39,175 nucleotides of DNA from Clostridia bacterium DTU022 (GTDB lineage Bacteria; Bacillota; Dethiobacteria; DTU022): assembly GCA_001512835.1 (NCBI GenBank), contig LFRQ01000106.1:42921-82095 (forward strand), given 5' to 3'. The notes beneath the pieces were generated by a model. The model was not told the origin of the DNA. It saw only the letters and a list, made by a program, of their open reading frames with translations, and searched no databases. Below, piece by piece: positions 24,945 through 35,231 of the stretch. Position 1 is the first letter of the stretch. Every line of letters starts with the position of its first letter. The position numbers and the translations under genes are program-made.

Positions 24945-25643
24945 CTACCCCTTCCTCCTGCTCTTGCAATTCTCCTTTAAGCTGACATAAAGAGTGCCGT
25001 CGGGGTTAAGCCCGGCATAGAGCACCTCCCCGGGCCCCGCCTGCCAGCCCTGCGCCAGCTTCTCTTCCAGCCATTTCGGGTCCATGCCGAGCTGCTCCAG
25101 ATTATCCTTTTGAATCACGCCGTCAAAAATAAGGGGAACGGGCAAGCCGGAGGGGCCGGCCGGCAGTTTTAAATCGGCCCGCGTCAGGGGACGGTGTTCC
25201 GGCTTTAAGATAACGCTCAACTCCCCGGAGGTTTCCAGGATGGCGTACTCCACTTCGGCGATGTTGGTTACGTTATTCTCCCTCATCTGGGCCAGCAGGT
25301 CGTTGACATTGTATCTTAAACGGCGCATCTCCTGCTCCATGATCTCGCCGTTGTAGACCACAATGCTGGGCGAGCCGTTAACCAGCCGGCGGAAGCGGTG
25401 ACTTTTCAAGGAGAGGTATGAAAAGAGCATCTCCGCCCCCACCAGGGTAAACATCGGTATCAACGACACGTACAGGGGCATTTCCGGCTGTTCCATGGGC
25501 AGTATGGCAATTTCGGCAATCATGATGGCCACCACCAGGTCGAAAGCGGAAAGCTGCCCGATCTCCCGCTTGCCCATCAACCGGATTAAGACCAAAACGG
25601 TAATATAGAGCAAAAGGGTTCTTAAAAAAATTAGCCCGGCCAG
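24945..25643 (-). CDS. DUF421 (YetF-like) membrane protein
   Basis: RLMGKREIGQLSAFD, AILETSGELSV. Start extended to CTG at 25643 (AAGGAGG 8 nt upstream), which restores the ...IFLRTLLLY N-terminus; the track start is 25613. Confidence 0.88.
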   Translation of the reverse strand: MAGLIFLRTLLLYITVLVLIRLMGKREIGQLSAFDLVVAIMIAEIAILPMEQPEMPLYVSLIPMFTLVGAEMLFSYLSLKSHRFRRLVNGSPSIVVYNGEIMEQEMRRLRYNVNDLLAQMRENNVTNIAEVEYAILETSGELSVILKPEHRPLTRADLKLPAGPSGLPVPLIFDGVIQKDNLEQLGMDPKWLEEKLAQGWQAGPGEVLYAGLNPDGTLYVSLKENCKSRRKG

Positions 25644-25728
25644 TACCGTCCCCTCCTTCTGAAAAAGCTGTGGTACTAGTTTGGCCCGGGAAAGGAGAAA
25701 GAAACCTTGGAAAGAGGGGAGGCCATGG

Positions 25729-26022
25729 CTAGTAGATCTCCACCCGCCGGTCGATGATTTCCACCCGGTAATCGCTTTCTATAAAATCGAAGATTTTTTG
25801 AAGAATCCGGTCCGCCCCGTTGCTGTTGTGGCATACTACCGCCAGCCCCAGCTCCGCCTTCTGCCATAGATCCTGCTGGCCAACCTCCGTTACGGAAAGA
25901 TTGAACTCGTTGCGCAGCCGCTGGATCAAGCTTTTTAAAATTTGGCGCTTGGTTTTCAAGGAGGAGGCTGACGGGATGTACAGTTCCAGGGAACAGGCAG
26001 CTACTCTGATAGGCGTCACCAC
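25729..26022 (-). CDS. DUF503 (YlxP-like) protein
   Basis: SLKTKRQILKSL, FNLSVTEVGQQDLWQ. Confidence 0.88.
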   Translation of the reverse strand: MVTPIRVAACSLELYIPSASSLKTKRQILKSLIQRLRNEFNLSVTEVGQQDLWQKAELGLAVVCHNSNGADRILQKIFDFIESDYRVEIIDRRVEIY

Positions 26023-26187
26023 CTTGCCTTAACCGGTTCCAGCCGCCGGCAGAATCTCGTTGAAATGGTGCCGGTAGCCTTCCCCCCGTCCGCCCCGGAA
26101 AATGGCCGAAGGGCGGCCGATACCGGCGGCAGTCCAACAGGGCCATTGTTTGCCCGGAGGGAATCCCGGCGAAAAACTGCCGGAGCT

Positions 26188-26658
26188 TTAGTGCAGGTGC
26201 GGCCCGCTTTCGCCGGAGCCGTCGAATTCGATGGGCCCAATATCCTGCTGCTCCATCAAATCGCTGATGGAAACGGTATACGGAGACAGCTTCTCGCTGA
26301 TATAGATGGGGCATCCCACCGTAAGGGCCAGGGCGACGGCATCGCTGGGGCGGGCATCCACGATAATTTGCTTGTTTTCAGCAGTGCGCAGGTACAGCTC
26401 CGCATAAAAAGTGCTCTCTATCATATCGTTAACCACGACCTTCTCTATGCTGGCCCCCAGGTGCTTGCAAACAGAATTGAAGAGATCGTGGGTAACCGGC
26501 CGGGGAGTGACATAGCCCTGCAGCTTTAAGACAATGGCCTGGGCTTCCCAAAAACCGATCCCAATGGGCAGGACCATCGTCTCTTCTGTATCAACCAGCA
26601 ACAGTAGCGGGGTCTGCATCGGATCGAGAACAACTTCCTTCACCTTTACGGGAATCAA
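26188..26658 (-). CDS. Bifunctional nuclease (DUF151/BFN) family protein
   Basis: LPIGIGFWEAQAI, PRPVTHDL, DARPSDAVALAL. Confidence 0.9.
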   Translation of the reverse strand: MIPVKVKEVVLDPMQTPLLLLVDTEETMVLPIGIGFWEAQAIVLKLQGYVTPRPVTHDLFNSVCKHLGASIEKVVVNDMIESTFYAELYLRTAENKQIIVDARPSDAVALALTVGCPIYISEKLSPYTVSISDLMEQQDIGPIEFDGSGESGPHLH

Positions 26659-26676
26659 GATAAACGCCTCCTTCCT

Positions 26677-27822
26677 CTAAAGGTAACGCGGCAGCAAATT
26701 CTGGATGTAGCCGTCCACGGATAACCCCTCTTCGGCCAGACGCCGGCCAAGGCGCTCCACGGAAACAGAAAGAGCGGCGTTGTTTAGATCGTCGAGGCTG
26801 CGAAAGTAGCCGGCTCTGCGTCCCAGCCGGAAAAGACTCTTCTGCTCTGCCGGCAAGTTAAAATAGCTGTCAATCAAATCAATCATGCGTTCCCGGTCCC
26901 GGGCCAGATGACCCTGCAGTTCCTGCAGGAGGTTGGAATGGTGGTCGCTGCAAAAGACGGCATCCAGGGCCTTCAGCTCCGTCAGCAACAATTTTTCTTC
27001 TTCCAGGACCCGGTCCTCCTCCAGGGGGACAAAACTCCCCCTTTTTACCTCCTCGAACAGAGGGCTGAAGGGGGGGATAATCAGGGTGCGCACCCGGATG
27101 AAATGGGGATTGATCCGGTTCAAAACCCGGGCGGTAGCCAGGGCGTGCTCCCTCCACATCTTCCTCCCTCCGAGGCCGAGGATGACGTATTCGCTTAACT
27201 CCAGGCCCGCCTCCTTGGCTTTAAGCCCCGCCTCCACATGCTGCTCCGAACGGACCCCCTTCTGCATATATTCCAGGAGAGGATCCCAGCCGCTTTCCAA
27301 GCCGACGTGAACCCGGTTCAGGCCGGCTTCCACCAGGCGGCGCAGCTCCGCCACGGAGCGCCGGAACAGCGTCCGGGAGCGGGCGTAGGTGGTTATGCGC
27401 CGGATGCCGGGAATCCGGCGGCGGAGGTATTCCAAAACCTCCACCAGGTCGTCCACGGGGGCCGCCAGGCTGTCTGCATCCTGTAGAAACACCGCCCCGC
27501 TGCCGTAGTAAAGCCAGGCCACTACCGGAAGCCAGGCGGGCTCTTCCCGCTGCAGCCGGGAGGCAATCTCCAGGGTAACCTGTCCGCCGCTCCCCCGGCG
27601 CCAGGAAAAGGCCCGGACCCGGTCCACAATATCGGCCATGGCATCGATATCCGCCTTGATCTCCGCCACCTCCCGCCGGCTAAACCGCTCCCCTTTATAG
27701 ACCGGGCAAAAGAGGCAGCGATTCCAGGGACAGTTGCGGGTCAGGCGAATAAAGAGGCTGGTGGCTTCGCTGGGAGGCCTGATGGGGCCTTGCTCGAATA
27801 AGGCTTTTGTCTTATCCGTCAC
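26677..27822 (-). CDS. Radical SAM protein
   Basis: EQGPIRPPSEA, CPWNRCLFC (CxxxCxxC), HVGLESG. Start set to GTG at 27822. Confidence 0.9.
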   Translation of the reverse strand: MTDKTKALFEQGPIRPPSEATSLFIRLTRNCPWNRCLFCPVYKGERFSRREVAEIKADIDAMADIVDRVRAFSWRRGSGGQVTLEIASRLQREEPAWLPVVAWLYYGSGAVFLQDADSLAAPVDDLVEVLEYLRRRIPGIRRITTYARSRTLFRRSVAELRRLVEAGLNRVHVGLESGWDPLLEYMQKGVRSEQHVEAGLKAKEAGLELSEYVILGLGGRKMWREHALATARVLNRINPHFIRVRTLIIPPFSPLFEEVKRGSFVPLEEDRVLEEEKLLLTELKALDAVFCSDHHSNLLQELQGHLARDRERMIDLIDSYFNLPAEQKSLFRLGRRAGYFRSLDDLNNAALSVSVERLGRRLAEEGLSVDGYIQNLLPRYL

Positions 27823-27846
27823 AACCTTACCCCCGGGTCTAGCCAA

Positions 27847-27900
27847 AGTATAACCCAACTTGACGGCAAACTCAACAAAAGATCAAAGTGGTGTTATAAT
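27847..27900. promoter_or_regulatory. Overlapping divergent SigA promoters (radical SAM gene / pyrE)
   Basis: Minus strand TTGAGT-N17-TATACT (27847-27875); plus strand extended -10 TGtTATAAT ending at 27900. Confidence 0.55.
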
Positions 27901-27939
27901 AATACTGCCAAGTTTAACCGGAGGGAAAAGGAGAGAGGC

Positions 27940-28794
27940 ATGCTGGAGAAACTGAAGAAGGAACTGCTGCATTTAACCTATATCCACGGCTACCAGAGGG
28001 GCTCTTTTCTGCTCTCCTCGGGCCGGAGGAGCAACTACTACATCAACGGCAAGATGGTCACCATGTCCCGGGAGGGGATCTACCGCACCGCTCGCTATAT
28101 CCTCGCCTCCCTGACCCAAAAGCGCTACCCGGTGGAGGCGGTGGGCGGCCTAACCCTGGGTGCCGATCCCATAGCCGCCGCTGTAGCCGCCCTGAGCCAG
28201 GTGGAAACGGAGAATCCTCTCTCCTGCTTTATTGTCCGCAAGGAGGCCAAGGCGCACGGCACGCGCTCCCGCATCGAGGGGCCCTTCGCCCCCGGCCTGA
28301 AAACCATCATCGTCGACGATGTGCTCACCTCCGGCGCCTCGGTGCTTGCCGCCGCCCAGGCGGTGGAAGCCGCCGGCGGGACGGTCAGCGCCGTCTATGT
28401 CCTGGTGGACCGCATGGAAGGGGGCAGAGAGGAGCTGGAGCGGCACGGCTACCCCCTGGAAGCCGTTATGAACCGCCGGGAACTGGAGGCGCTGCAGGAG
28501 GAGATGCAGCAGCGCTACCCGGGGCTGTTCGCCTCCTTGCAGAAAAGCCCCGTTGGCTGGAAGGAGGTCCCCTGGTCGGAGATTGCCCCTTCCCATCCCG
28601 GGCTCTTCCGGCGCTTGGAACAGCTGAGCCAGGCCCTGGCCGCCCGGGAAGAAAGCCGGGAAATGGAGGAAGCCGCCTCCCAGGAAGCGGCCCGTTCCGC
28701 CCTAGAACTGGTTAAAGCGGCGGAACTCCATCCCGACGGGGAGGAGGCCCTGGAAAGCCTCTGGCAGCGGACCCGGGCCCGCTTCGGCCTCTAG
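27940..28794 (+). CDS. pyrE: Orotate phosphoribosyltransferase with a C-terminal extension
   Basis: FLLSSGRRSNYY, GGLTLGADP, VRKEAKAHG, IVDDVLTSGAS. Confidence 0.93.
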   Translation: MLEKLKKELLHLTYIHGYQRGSFLLSSGRRSNYYINGKMVTMSREGIYRTARYILASLTQKRYPVEAVGGLTLGADPIAAAVAALSQVETENPLSCFIVRKEAKAHGTRSRIEGPFAPGLKTIIVDDVLTSGASVLAAAQAVEAAGGTVSAVYVLVDRMEGGREELERHGYPLEAVMNRRELEALQEEMQQRYPGLFASLQKSPVGWKEVPWSEIAPSHPGLFRRLEQLSQALAAREESREMEEAASQEAARSALELVKAAELHPDGEEALESLWQRTRARFGL

Positions 28795-28832
28795 CTTTCG
28801 CTCGTTCCCCGTTCCGGCCGCTCCCCGCCTGA

Positions 28833-30023
28833 TCAAGATTCAGCTTCAGCCCATCCCCGGCCGATGGCCAGCAGCTGCATGGCCCGCCGGGAGGCGCCTT
28901 CCAGGAGTTCTTCCGCCCGTTCCATGGCGGTGGGGAGATCCATGGGTGCATCCACGATGGCCATCAGGGCAGAAATACCGGCCCGGTGCGCTTCCTGGGG
29001 ATCCAGCCTTATGCCCCCCGCCAGGACCAGCACGGGAATCCCGTATTGACGGGCCAGCCGGGCCAGGCCCACGGGCACTTTTCCCCGGAGCGACTGAGGG
29101 TTAATCTCCCCTTCGCCCGTAATCAGCAAGCTTATGTCCTCCCGCCGGAGCAGTTCCGGCAAGCCTGTCAGCCGGACAATTTCCTGGACCCCGGAAACCA
29201 GCCTGGCCCCCAGAACGCCCGCCAGGGCCGCTCCGATTCCTCCGGCGGCTCCCCCGCCGGCCATCTCCCCCACCTTTACCTGCAGGTCCCGCTCCACCAC
29301 GGCGGCAAAACGGCGCAGACACGAATCCAGGAAGGAAAGCTGCTCCCCGGAAGCCCCTTTCTGGGGAGCGTAGACATAGGCCGCTCCCTGAGGGCCGTAC
29401 AGGGGGTTGTCCACATCGCAGCCGGCCACCAGGGAAACCTCCCGCAGCCGGGGGTCCAGCGAAGAAAGGTCAATGCGGTCCAAATCCTGCAAGGCGGCGC
29501 CGCCGCGGCCGATCTCCTGCCCGCGGCTATCCAGCAGCCGCACCCCCAGGGCTTGAAGCAGCCCCGCCCCGGCATCGGTGGTGGCGCTGCCGCCCAGGCC
29601 GATAAAAATCTCCCGGCAGCCGCTGCCCAAGGCTTCCCGGATCAACTCCCCCGTACCATGGCTGGTGGCACCCAAGGGGTCGCGGCGGTCGGCGGGGACC
29701 AGGGCAAGACCGGAAGCCGCGGCCACCTCCACCACCGCCGTCCGGCCGCCGCCGGTAAGCCCCCAAAATCCCTCCACCGGCTCCCCCAGGGGGCCGGCAA
29801 CCCGCTTTCGAAAGATACGGCCTCCCGTGGCCCGGATCAAACATTCCGTAGTTCCGTCCCCACCGTCGGCCATGGGCACCAGGTACAGCTCTGCTTCGGG
29901 AAAAACCGCCTTTACCCCCCGGGCAATGGCTTCCGCCGCCCGGCCGGCGGAGAGGGAACCTTTAAAGGCATTGGGGGCGATGACCATGGCGAGCCCCGCC
30001 CTTTTTTTCTTCGGATCCGTCAT
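28833..30023 (-). CDS. glxK: Glycerate kinase (GlxK/GarK family)
   Basis: APNAFKGSL, PMADGGDGT, GLGGSATTDAG, YAPQKGA, ITGEG. Start set to ATG at 30023. Confidence 0.93.
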   Translation of the reverse strand: MTDPKKKRAGLAMVIAPNAFKGSLSAGRAAEAIARGVKAVFPEAELYLVPMADGGDGTTECLIRATGGRIFRKRVAGPLGEPVEGFWGLTGGGRTAVVEVAAASGLALVPADRRDPLGATSHGTGELIREALGSGCREIFIGLGGSATTDAGAGLLQALGVRLLDSRGQEIGRGGAALQDLDRIDLSSLDPRLREVSLVAGCDVDNPLYGPQGAAYVYAPQKGASGEQLSFLDSCLRRFAAVVERDLQVKVGEMAGGGAAGGIGAALAGVLGARLVSGVQEIVRLTGLPELLRREDISLLITGEGEINPQSLRGKVPVGLARLARQYGIPVLVLAGGIRLDPQEAHRAGISALMAIVDAPMDLPTAMERAEELLEGASRRAMQLLAIGRGWAEAES

Positions 30024-30221
30024 AAGCAACCTACCCTTGGGGAAACCGGAGCGGCCGCCATTAAGCACGCTTCCTCTTTAAGCCGCTTGCTCCGGTCCCC
30101 TTTGCTGCTTTATATTTTTTCATTGGGAAAGAGCCCGGCTGGATGTTGCCGGTAAAGACAGCTAACTGAAGGGAGCGCCTTTAAAGGCGCCCCGCCCGGC
30201 CGGTACCGGCCGGCTAAGATT

Positions 30222-30602
30222 TTACCGGTCCCCTTCCTCCGGCAGAAACTGCTTCAATTTATCCCAAAGCTCCTGGGGCCGAAAAGGCTTGGTCATGTAG
30301 GCGTCGGCCCCCAGCTCCTGGGCCCTTTGCCGGTATTCTTCCCCCGCTTTGGCGGTTAAAACAATAACCGGGATCTTGCTGGTGGAAGCGTTGCCTTTAA
30401 GAATCCTCAGCACCTCAAAGCCGTCCACCTTGGGAAGCAGCAGGTCCAACAAGATCAGGTCGGGCTGTTCCCGGTTAATGTACTGGAGAGCGTCTTCCCC
30501 GTCTTCGACCACGTCAACCTGGTAGCCTACCGCATCCAGGCAGGTCCGCACTCCCAGAATAATATTCTTCTCGTCTTCAACCAGCAGTATCTTCTTGCCC
30601 AT
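30222..30602 (-). CDS. Stand-alone response regulator receiver protein
   Basis: ILLVEDE, LILLDLLLPKVDG, LTA, TKPF; no output domain. Confidence 0.92.
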   Translation of the reverse strand: MGKKILLVEDEKNIILGVRTCLDAVGYQVDVVEDGEDALQYINREQPDLILLDLLLPKVDGFEVLRILKGNASTSKIPVIVLTAKAGEEYRQRAQELGADAYMTKPFRPQELWDKLKQFLPEEGDR

Positions 30603-30637
30603 CCTATCACTCCTGTCCTTTTAAACTGCTTGCCCGC

Positions 30638-31708
30638 CTAAATCTCTTCTTCCTGGCGGTACAAAGGCATGGTAAAGGTAAAAGTGCTGCCTTTGCCCTC
30701 CTCGCTTTCCACCCAGATCTCGCCGCCATGGGCCACAACGATCTCCTTGCAGATGGCCAGCCCCAACCCGGCGCCCCCGGCGGCCCGGTCCTTGGAGCGC
30801 ACCTGGACGTACTTTCGAAAAAGCTTGTCCTGGTACTGACGGGGTATTCCGCAGCCGGTATCCTGCACGGAAAAAAAGAGGCGGTTGCCCCGGTGGCGAA
30901 CCTTTACCGTAATCGATCCCCCCGCCTCGGTATAGCGCAGGGCGTTGCCCACCAGGTTGGTCAAGATCCAGACCACCTTGTTGAAATCCCCGTAGATGGT
31001 AGGCAGGTGGTCGGGGAGGTCGACGACCAGGCGGACTCCCTTTTTCTCCGCCTGGAGGGAGAGGGGCCGGACCGCCTCCTGGACCAGGCCGGCCACGTCA
31101 ATGGCCTCCTGCTCCAGGTAAATGGTCCCCGACTCGATGCGGGAGAGTTCCAGCAAATTATCCACCAGCCTGGTCAAGCGGGAGCAATCCTGATCGATGG
31201 CCTCCAGGATCTCCTTCCCCCGGGGGGTAATCTCCCCCAGCAGCCCTTTGCGCAGCATCTCCGTACCCATTAGGATAGTAGTCAGAGGGGTGCGGAATTC
31301 GTGGGAGACGATGGAGACAAAGTCGCTTTTAATCTTCTCCATCTCGTAGAACCGGGTTACGTCGGTGAGCTGGACCAGGGCGCCCCGGAGCTTTCCCTCG
31401 TAAAAGATGGGATTAATGGCAACTTTAAAAAAATACTTCTTTTCCAAATGCTTGACCTTGATGGTGGCCCCTTCATAGGAGCATTCCAGGGGTTCGCCCC
31501 GGCTCAGCACCTCTTCCAGGAGCTGCTGGAGCTTGTCTAGGCCGGTAATCTCGTGCAGGGAGCGCCCTTTTTCCGTCTCCGGTCCGAAAATCTCCCGGGC
31601 CTTATCGCTGAACCAGATCACCTTCTGGGAACAATCCGTAACAAAAAGGGGATCGGGAAGGCTTTTGGCAATGGTCTCCAGGTAAGCCCGCTGGGGCAAA
31701 GAATTCAC
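30638..31708 (-). CDS. Soluble PAS-domain sensor histidine kinase
   Basis: [30 protein letters not shown]. Start set to GTG at 31708 after a GGGGAGG RBS. Confidence 0.92.
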   Translation of the reverse strand: MNSLPQRAYLETIAKSLPDPLFVTDCSQKVIWFSDKAREIFGPETEKGRSLHEITGLDKLQQLLEEVLSRGEPLECSYEGATIKVKHLEKKYFFKVAINPIFYEGKLRGALVQLTDVTRFYEMEKIKSDFVSIVSHEFRTPLTTILMGTEMLRKGLLGEITPRGKEILEAIDQDCSRLTRLVDNLLELSRIESGTIYLEQEAIDVAGLVQEAVRPLSLQAEKKGVRLVVDLPDHLPTIYGDFNKVVWILTNLVGNALRYTEAGGSITVKVRHRGNRLFFSVQDTGCGIPRQYQDKLFRKYVQVRSKDRAAGGAGLGLAICKEIVVAHGGEIWVESEEGKGSTFTFTMPLYRQEEEI

Positions 31709-31799
31709 CTTGTCCTCCCCTTTCCTGGACAAAATTAATTGCATTTGTAAATATATTTCATTATACCACCAGCCACCCTTGAAGAAAAGTGCGGCCGGG

Positions 31800-32195
31800 C
31801 TATTTGTCCTCAAGGGGCTTTTGCTTCAGGTACCAGCGGCCTCCCTCCTTGACCAGCCTGAGCCGGTCCGTGTGCACCGTCTCGACGCCGAAAAGGACCA
31901 TGTCCAGGCTAACCTCTACTTCCACCTCCTGGGAAGAGATCTTTTTCACCGGGCCCACCCGGTAGTCTTTTATCTCCATGATCTTAATCAACTTCATCTC
32001 TTCCGGCTCGATCCGGGCAGCCCGGCTTAACTGGAGCATCCGGTCACAATCCTTCTCCTGAAAAGCCTGCAAGTAGGCCTCAACGGTTTTCTGGGGCGAG
32101 GACTGCTCCCCCCGCCCATGGGAAAGGCATCCCCCGGCCAGCAGGATCAGGCCGGCCCAGGCCAACAAAAACCCCAGCAAGGCAAACCTTTTCAA
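31800..32195 (-). CDS. Putative lipoprotein (NTF2-like fold suspected)
   Basis: Signal peptide with LLAGGC; SPQKTVEAYLQAF...LVKEGGRWYL pattern. Confidence 0.75.
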   Translation of the reverse strand: MKRFALLGFLLAWAGLILLAGGCLSHGRGEQSSPQKTVEAYLQAFQEKDCDRMLQLSRAARIEPEEMKLIKIMEIKDYRVGPVKKISSQEVEVEVSLDMVLFGVETVHTDRLRLVKEGGRWYLKQKPLEDK

Positions 32196-32230
32196 CGGCC
32201 CCGCCCCCTATTTCCGGTTTTCCGGTATGG

Positions 32231-32848
32231 TTAAAATCCCAGCCGGGCCTTGACAATAAGCACTTCCAGCTCCGTATAGCGAAGCGGCCCTTCGATGATG
32301 GCCGTCACGCTGCAGATGCGGGTGGCGGCGCGGCAATCGGTGCAGCCTTCGTCGACACACGGGTTGGACAGCCCCAGCCGGCGGGCGTTAAGGGGGGCCG
32401 CCACCTTCCGGATCCGTTCTCTTCCTTCCTCTTCATCACGCACCAGCTTGTTTTCGCCCACCACAAAAATTACCCGGCGGGGACCAAAGATGGTGCTGCC
32501 CACCCGGTTCCCGGCACCATCGGTGTTGATAATCTTCCCGTCGGCGGTCAAGGCATTGGCGCTGCACAAATAGCAGTCAGCCCCGGCGGCCCGGTAGACG
32601 GTCTCCTTCATCTGCTCCGGGGGAACCTGCCAGTGCCAAAAAACGGTATTGCCCCGCTCCTGGAGCAGGTCGTAGATCCCCAGCTCCTTTATGGTCATGG
32701 AGCCCCCTATCCCCACCGTTGCCCCAGGGGGGATTCTTTGCAGCAGGTATTCCCGGGCGGCGGCCACGTCTTCCACTACCGACGCCCGGATGGCCCTGCG
32801 CTCCAGCGCCTTTACTGCCTCTTCAATATTAATATTTGCCTCCGTCAT
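32231..32848 (-). CDS. LUD-domain (lactate utilisation LutC-like) protein
   Basis: GGSMT, SANALT, NTDGAGNRV, VGENKLV, C-terminal CxDC...RIC. Confidence 0.88.
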   Translation of the reverse strand: MTEANINIEEAVKALERRAIRASVVEDVAAAREYLLQRIPPGATVGIGGSMTIKELGIYDLLQERGNTVFWHWQVPPEQMKETVYRAAGADCYLCSANALTADGKIINTDGAGNRVGSTIFGPRRVIFVVGENKLVRDEEEGRERIRKVAAPLNARRLGLSNPCVDEGCTDCRAATRICSVTAIIEGPLRYTELEVLIVKARLGF

Positions 32849-33088
32849 CGGTTATCATCCTTTCCTAAAAATTTCTTCCGGCAAATCAAAATTTTTCCGG
32901 TCGCCCAGCCTGCTTTCCTCCGCCAGGGAGTATCTCTCCGGCCTGGAATTACCTTTCGCCCTGCCGGGGCCGTTTCCTTCCCCGCCGCCCTCCCTTTGCT
33001 CCCCAAGGGAGGACTCCCTCTCCGGGAAAAGACCGGTATTGCCAAATACGGATTTATGGTATGATTAAAAAGTCAAAGGTGGTGAAAG

Positions 33089-33565
33089 ATGAATACTGTT
33101 GCCCTGGTGCTTGCCATTATTCTCTTCCTCACCGGACTGGCGGGCATAATTCTTCCCGCCCTGCCGGGCATTCCCCTGATCTGGGTGGGGATGCTTCTTT
33201 ACGGTTTAATGACCGGCTTCCAAACCCTGAGCGCCAAATTTCTCATCATCCAGGGCCTCCTGGCCGTCGCCTCCCTGGTCCTGGACTATGTCACCGCCGC
33301 TCTCGGAAGCCGCTACTTTGGAGGGAGCAAGGCCTCCACGTGGGGGGCGGCCATCGGCCTCCTGGCGGGCTTCTCCTTCTTTCCCCTGGGGCTATTTTTG
33401 GGACCCTTCCTGGGCGCTTTTATCGCGGAGCTGATCTACACCCAAGAGCCGGTCCAATCCCTGCGCTCAGGGGCCGGCGCCCTGCTGGGATTCTGGGGCG
33501 GGCTGCCCCTGAAGCTAATCCTGGCGGCAGCCATGATCATCTGGTTTTTCATCGTGATCTTCTAG
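33089..33565 (+). CDS. DUF456 family membrane protein
   Basis: GIILPALPG, GGSK...WGA, GPFLGAFIAE. Confidence 0.88.
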   Translation: MNTVALVLAIILFLTGLAGIILPALPGIPLIWVGMLLYGLMTGFQTLSAKFLIIQGLLAVASLVLDYVTAALGSRYFGGSKASTWGAAIGLLAGFSFFPLGLFLGPFLGAFIAELIYTQEPVQSLRSGAGALLGFWGGLPLKLILAAAMIIWFFIVIF

Positions 33566-33801
33566 GGAATATCCTCGTGATCTTCCGGCACATTCTCGCC
33601 ACCGGTTTCCCATGGTGCCAGTCCAGCCAATGGATCAAATCTCATGATTCACAACCGGTGAAGGCCCCCCTGGAGCCAGGTTCCCGGCCCGGCCATCCCG
33701 GGGAAAGAAGTATACACGGCCGGAGGCGGGCAGCGGAGGGACCGGCGCCGGAAAAGCAAAAAGCCGGGCCGGCTGCCCGGGAACAGCAGCGCCAAAGGGA
33801 C

Positions 33802-33841
33802 AAAAAGGGGCTCTCCCACGAATCTTGCGGGAGAGCCCCTT
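33802..33841 (-). terminator. Rho-independent terminator closing the arg operon
   Basis: 13-bp stem AAGGGGCTCTCCC...GGGAGAGCCCCTT with a T-run, a few nt after the stop codon at 33846. Confidence 0.8.
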
Positions 33842-33845
33842 AGTC

Positions 33846-35159
33846 TTAGAGAACCTTTTGGAGAAGCTGCTCCAGGGTAGGCTCCCCGATCTCCTGGAGT
33901 TCATAGCGGATCCGCAGGGCCGGCTTCTCGATCTTGATCACCCGGCGCAAATCGATGGGTGTGGCGATCACTACCAATTCGGCATCGGAGCGGTTGATGG
34001 TTGCCTCCAGGTCCCGGATCTGCTCCTCTCCGTAGCCCATGGCCGGGAGCAGGGCACCGATATGGGGGTACTTCCGGTAAGTGTCGACAATGGTACCCAC
34101 GGCGAAAGGACGGGGGTCGACCAGTTCAGCCGCCCCGTACTTCCTGGCGGCGATGACGCCGGCGCCGTAGAGCATCTCGCCGTGAGTCAGGGTCGGCCCG
34201 TCCTCCACCACCAGGACCTTTTTGCCCCGGATCAGTTCGCCCTTTTCCACAAAGATGGGGGAAGCGGCCTCCACGACCACCGCCCCGGGATTGACCCGGG
34301 CAATATTGGCGCGCACCGTATTGATCCCCTGCGCATCCGCCGTCTCCACCTTGTTCAGCACCACTACGTCGGCCAGGCGCAGGTTGGTCTCCCCGGGGTG
34401 GTAGCTCAGCTCGTGCCCGGGCCGGTGGGGGTCGGCCAGGGTAATATAGAGATCGGCCCAGTAGAAGGAGAAGTCGTTGTTGCCCCCGTCCCAGACGATC
34501 ACGTCGGCCTCTTTTTCCGCCTCCGCCAGGATTTTGCCGTAATCCACCCCGGCGTAGACGATCACCCCCCGGTCGATGTGGGGCTCGTATTCTTCCCGCT
34601 CCTCAATGGTGCAGCGGTGTGCATCCAGGTCCCCGTAGTCAGCAAAACGCTGGCAGGCCTGCCGGGCCAGGTCGCCGTAGGGCATGGGATGGCGGACGGC
34701 CACCACCCGCTTCCCCTTGGCCTTGAGAATATCGCAGACCCGGCGGGTGGTCTGGCTCTTTCCCACCCCCGTCCGGACCGCGGTTACGGCCACCACCGGC
34801 TTCTTCGATTTGAGCATGGTCGATTTCGGCCCCATCAGGCGGAAGTCGGCCCCGGCGGCAGCCACCTGGGAAGCCTTGGACATGACGTAGCTGTGCGGCA
34901 CATCGCTGTAGGCGAAGACAACCTGGTCCACGTCGTACTTCTTGATCAAATCGGCCAACTCTTCTTCAGGATGGATGGGCACCCCCTGGGGGTAGAGACG
35001 CCCGGCCAGCTCCGGGGGGTAGACCCGGCCCTCGATATTGGGGATCTGAGTGGCGGTAAAGGCGACCACCCGGTAGTTCTCATTGTCCCTGAAGTAGACG
35101 TTAAAATTGTGAAAATCCCGGCCGGCGGCTCCCATGATGATTACTTTTGTTGGCGTCAT
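33846..35159 (-). CDS. arcE: Arginine synthetase-like P-loop NTPase (often annotated cyclic 2,3-diphosphoglycerate synthetase or GTPase)
   Basis: IIMGAAGRDFHNFN, AVRTGVGKSQT (P-loop), RHPMPYG, EEREEYE, WDGGNND, VEDGPTLTHG; adjacent to argF. Confidence 0.8.
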   Translation of the reverse strand: MTPTKVIIMGAAGRDFHNFNVYFRDNENYRVVAFTATQIPNIEGRVYPPELAGRLYPQGVPIHPEEELADLIKKYDVDQVVFAYSDVPHSYVMSKASQVAAAGADFRLMGPKSTMLKSKKPVVAVTAVRTGVGKSQTTRRVCDILKAKGKRVVAVRHPMPYGDLARQACQRFADYGDLDAHRCTIEEREEYEPHIDRGVIVYAGVDYGKILAEAEKEADVIVWDGGNNDFSFYWADLYITLADPHRPGHELSYHPGETNLRLADVVVLNKVETADAQGINTVRANIARVNPGAVVVEAASPIFVEKGELIRGKKVLVVEDGPTLTHGEMLYGAGVIAARKYGAAELVDPRPFAVGTIVDTYRKYPHIGALLPAMGYGEEQIRDLEATINRSDAELVVIATPIDLRRVIKIEKPALRIRYELQEIGEPTLEQLLQKVL

Positions 35160-35231
35160 TAATGCTGACCTCCTTTGTAATTGAGAAGGGACTTGAGATG
35201 GATCTTTAACCGGCGCGCTTTTATTATCCCT

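Noticed and set aside
33570-33800. Intergenic ORFs and a short duplicated TCGTGATCTTC after the DUF456 gene
   Set aside because: The duplication is short and the ORFs are shadows; there is no independent support.
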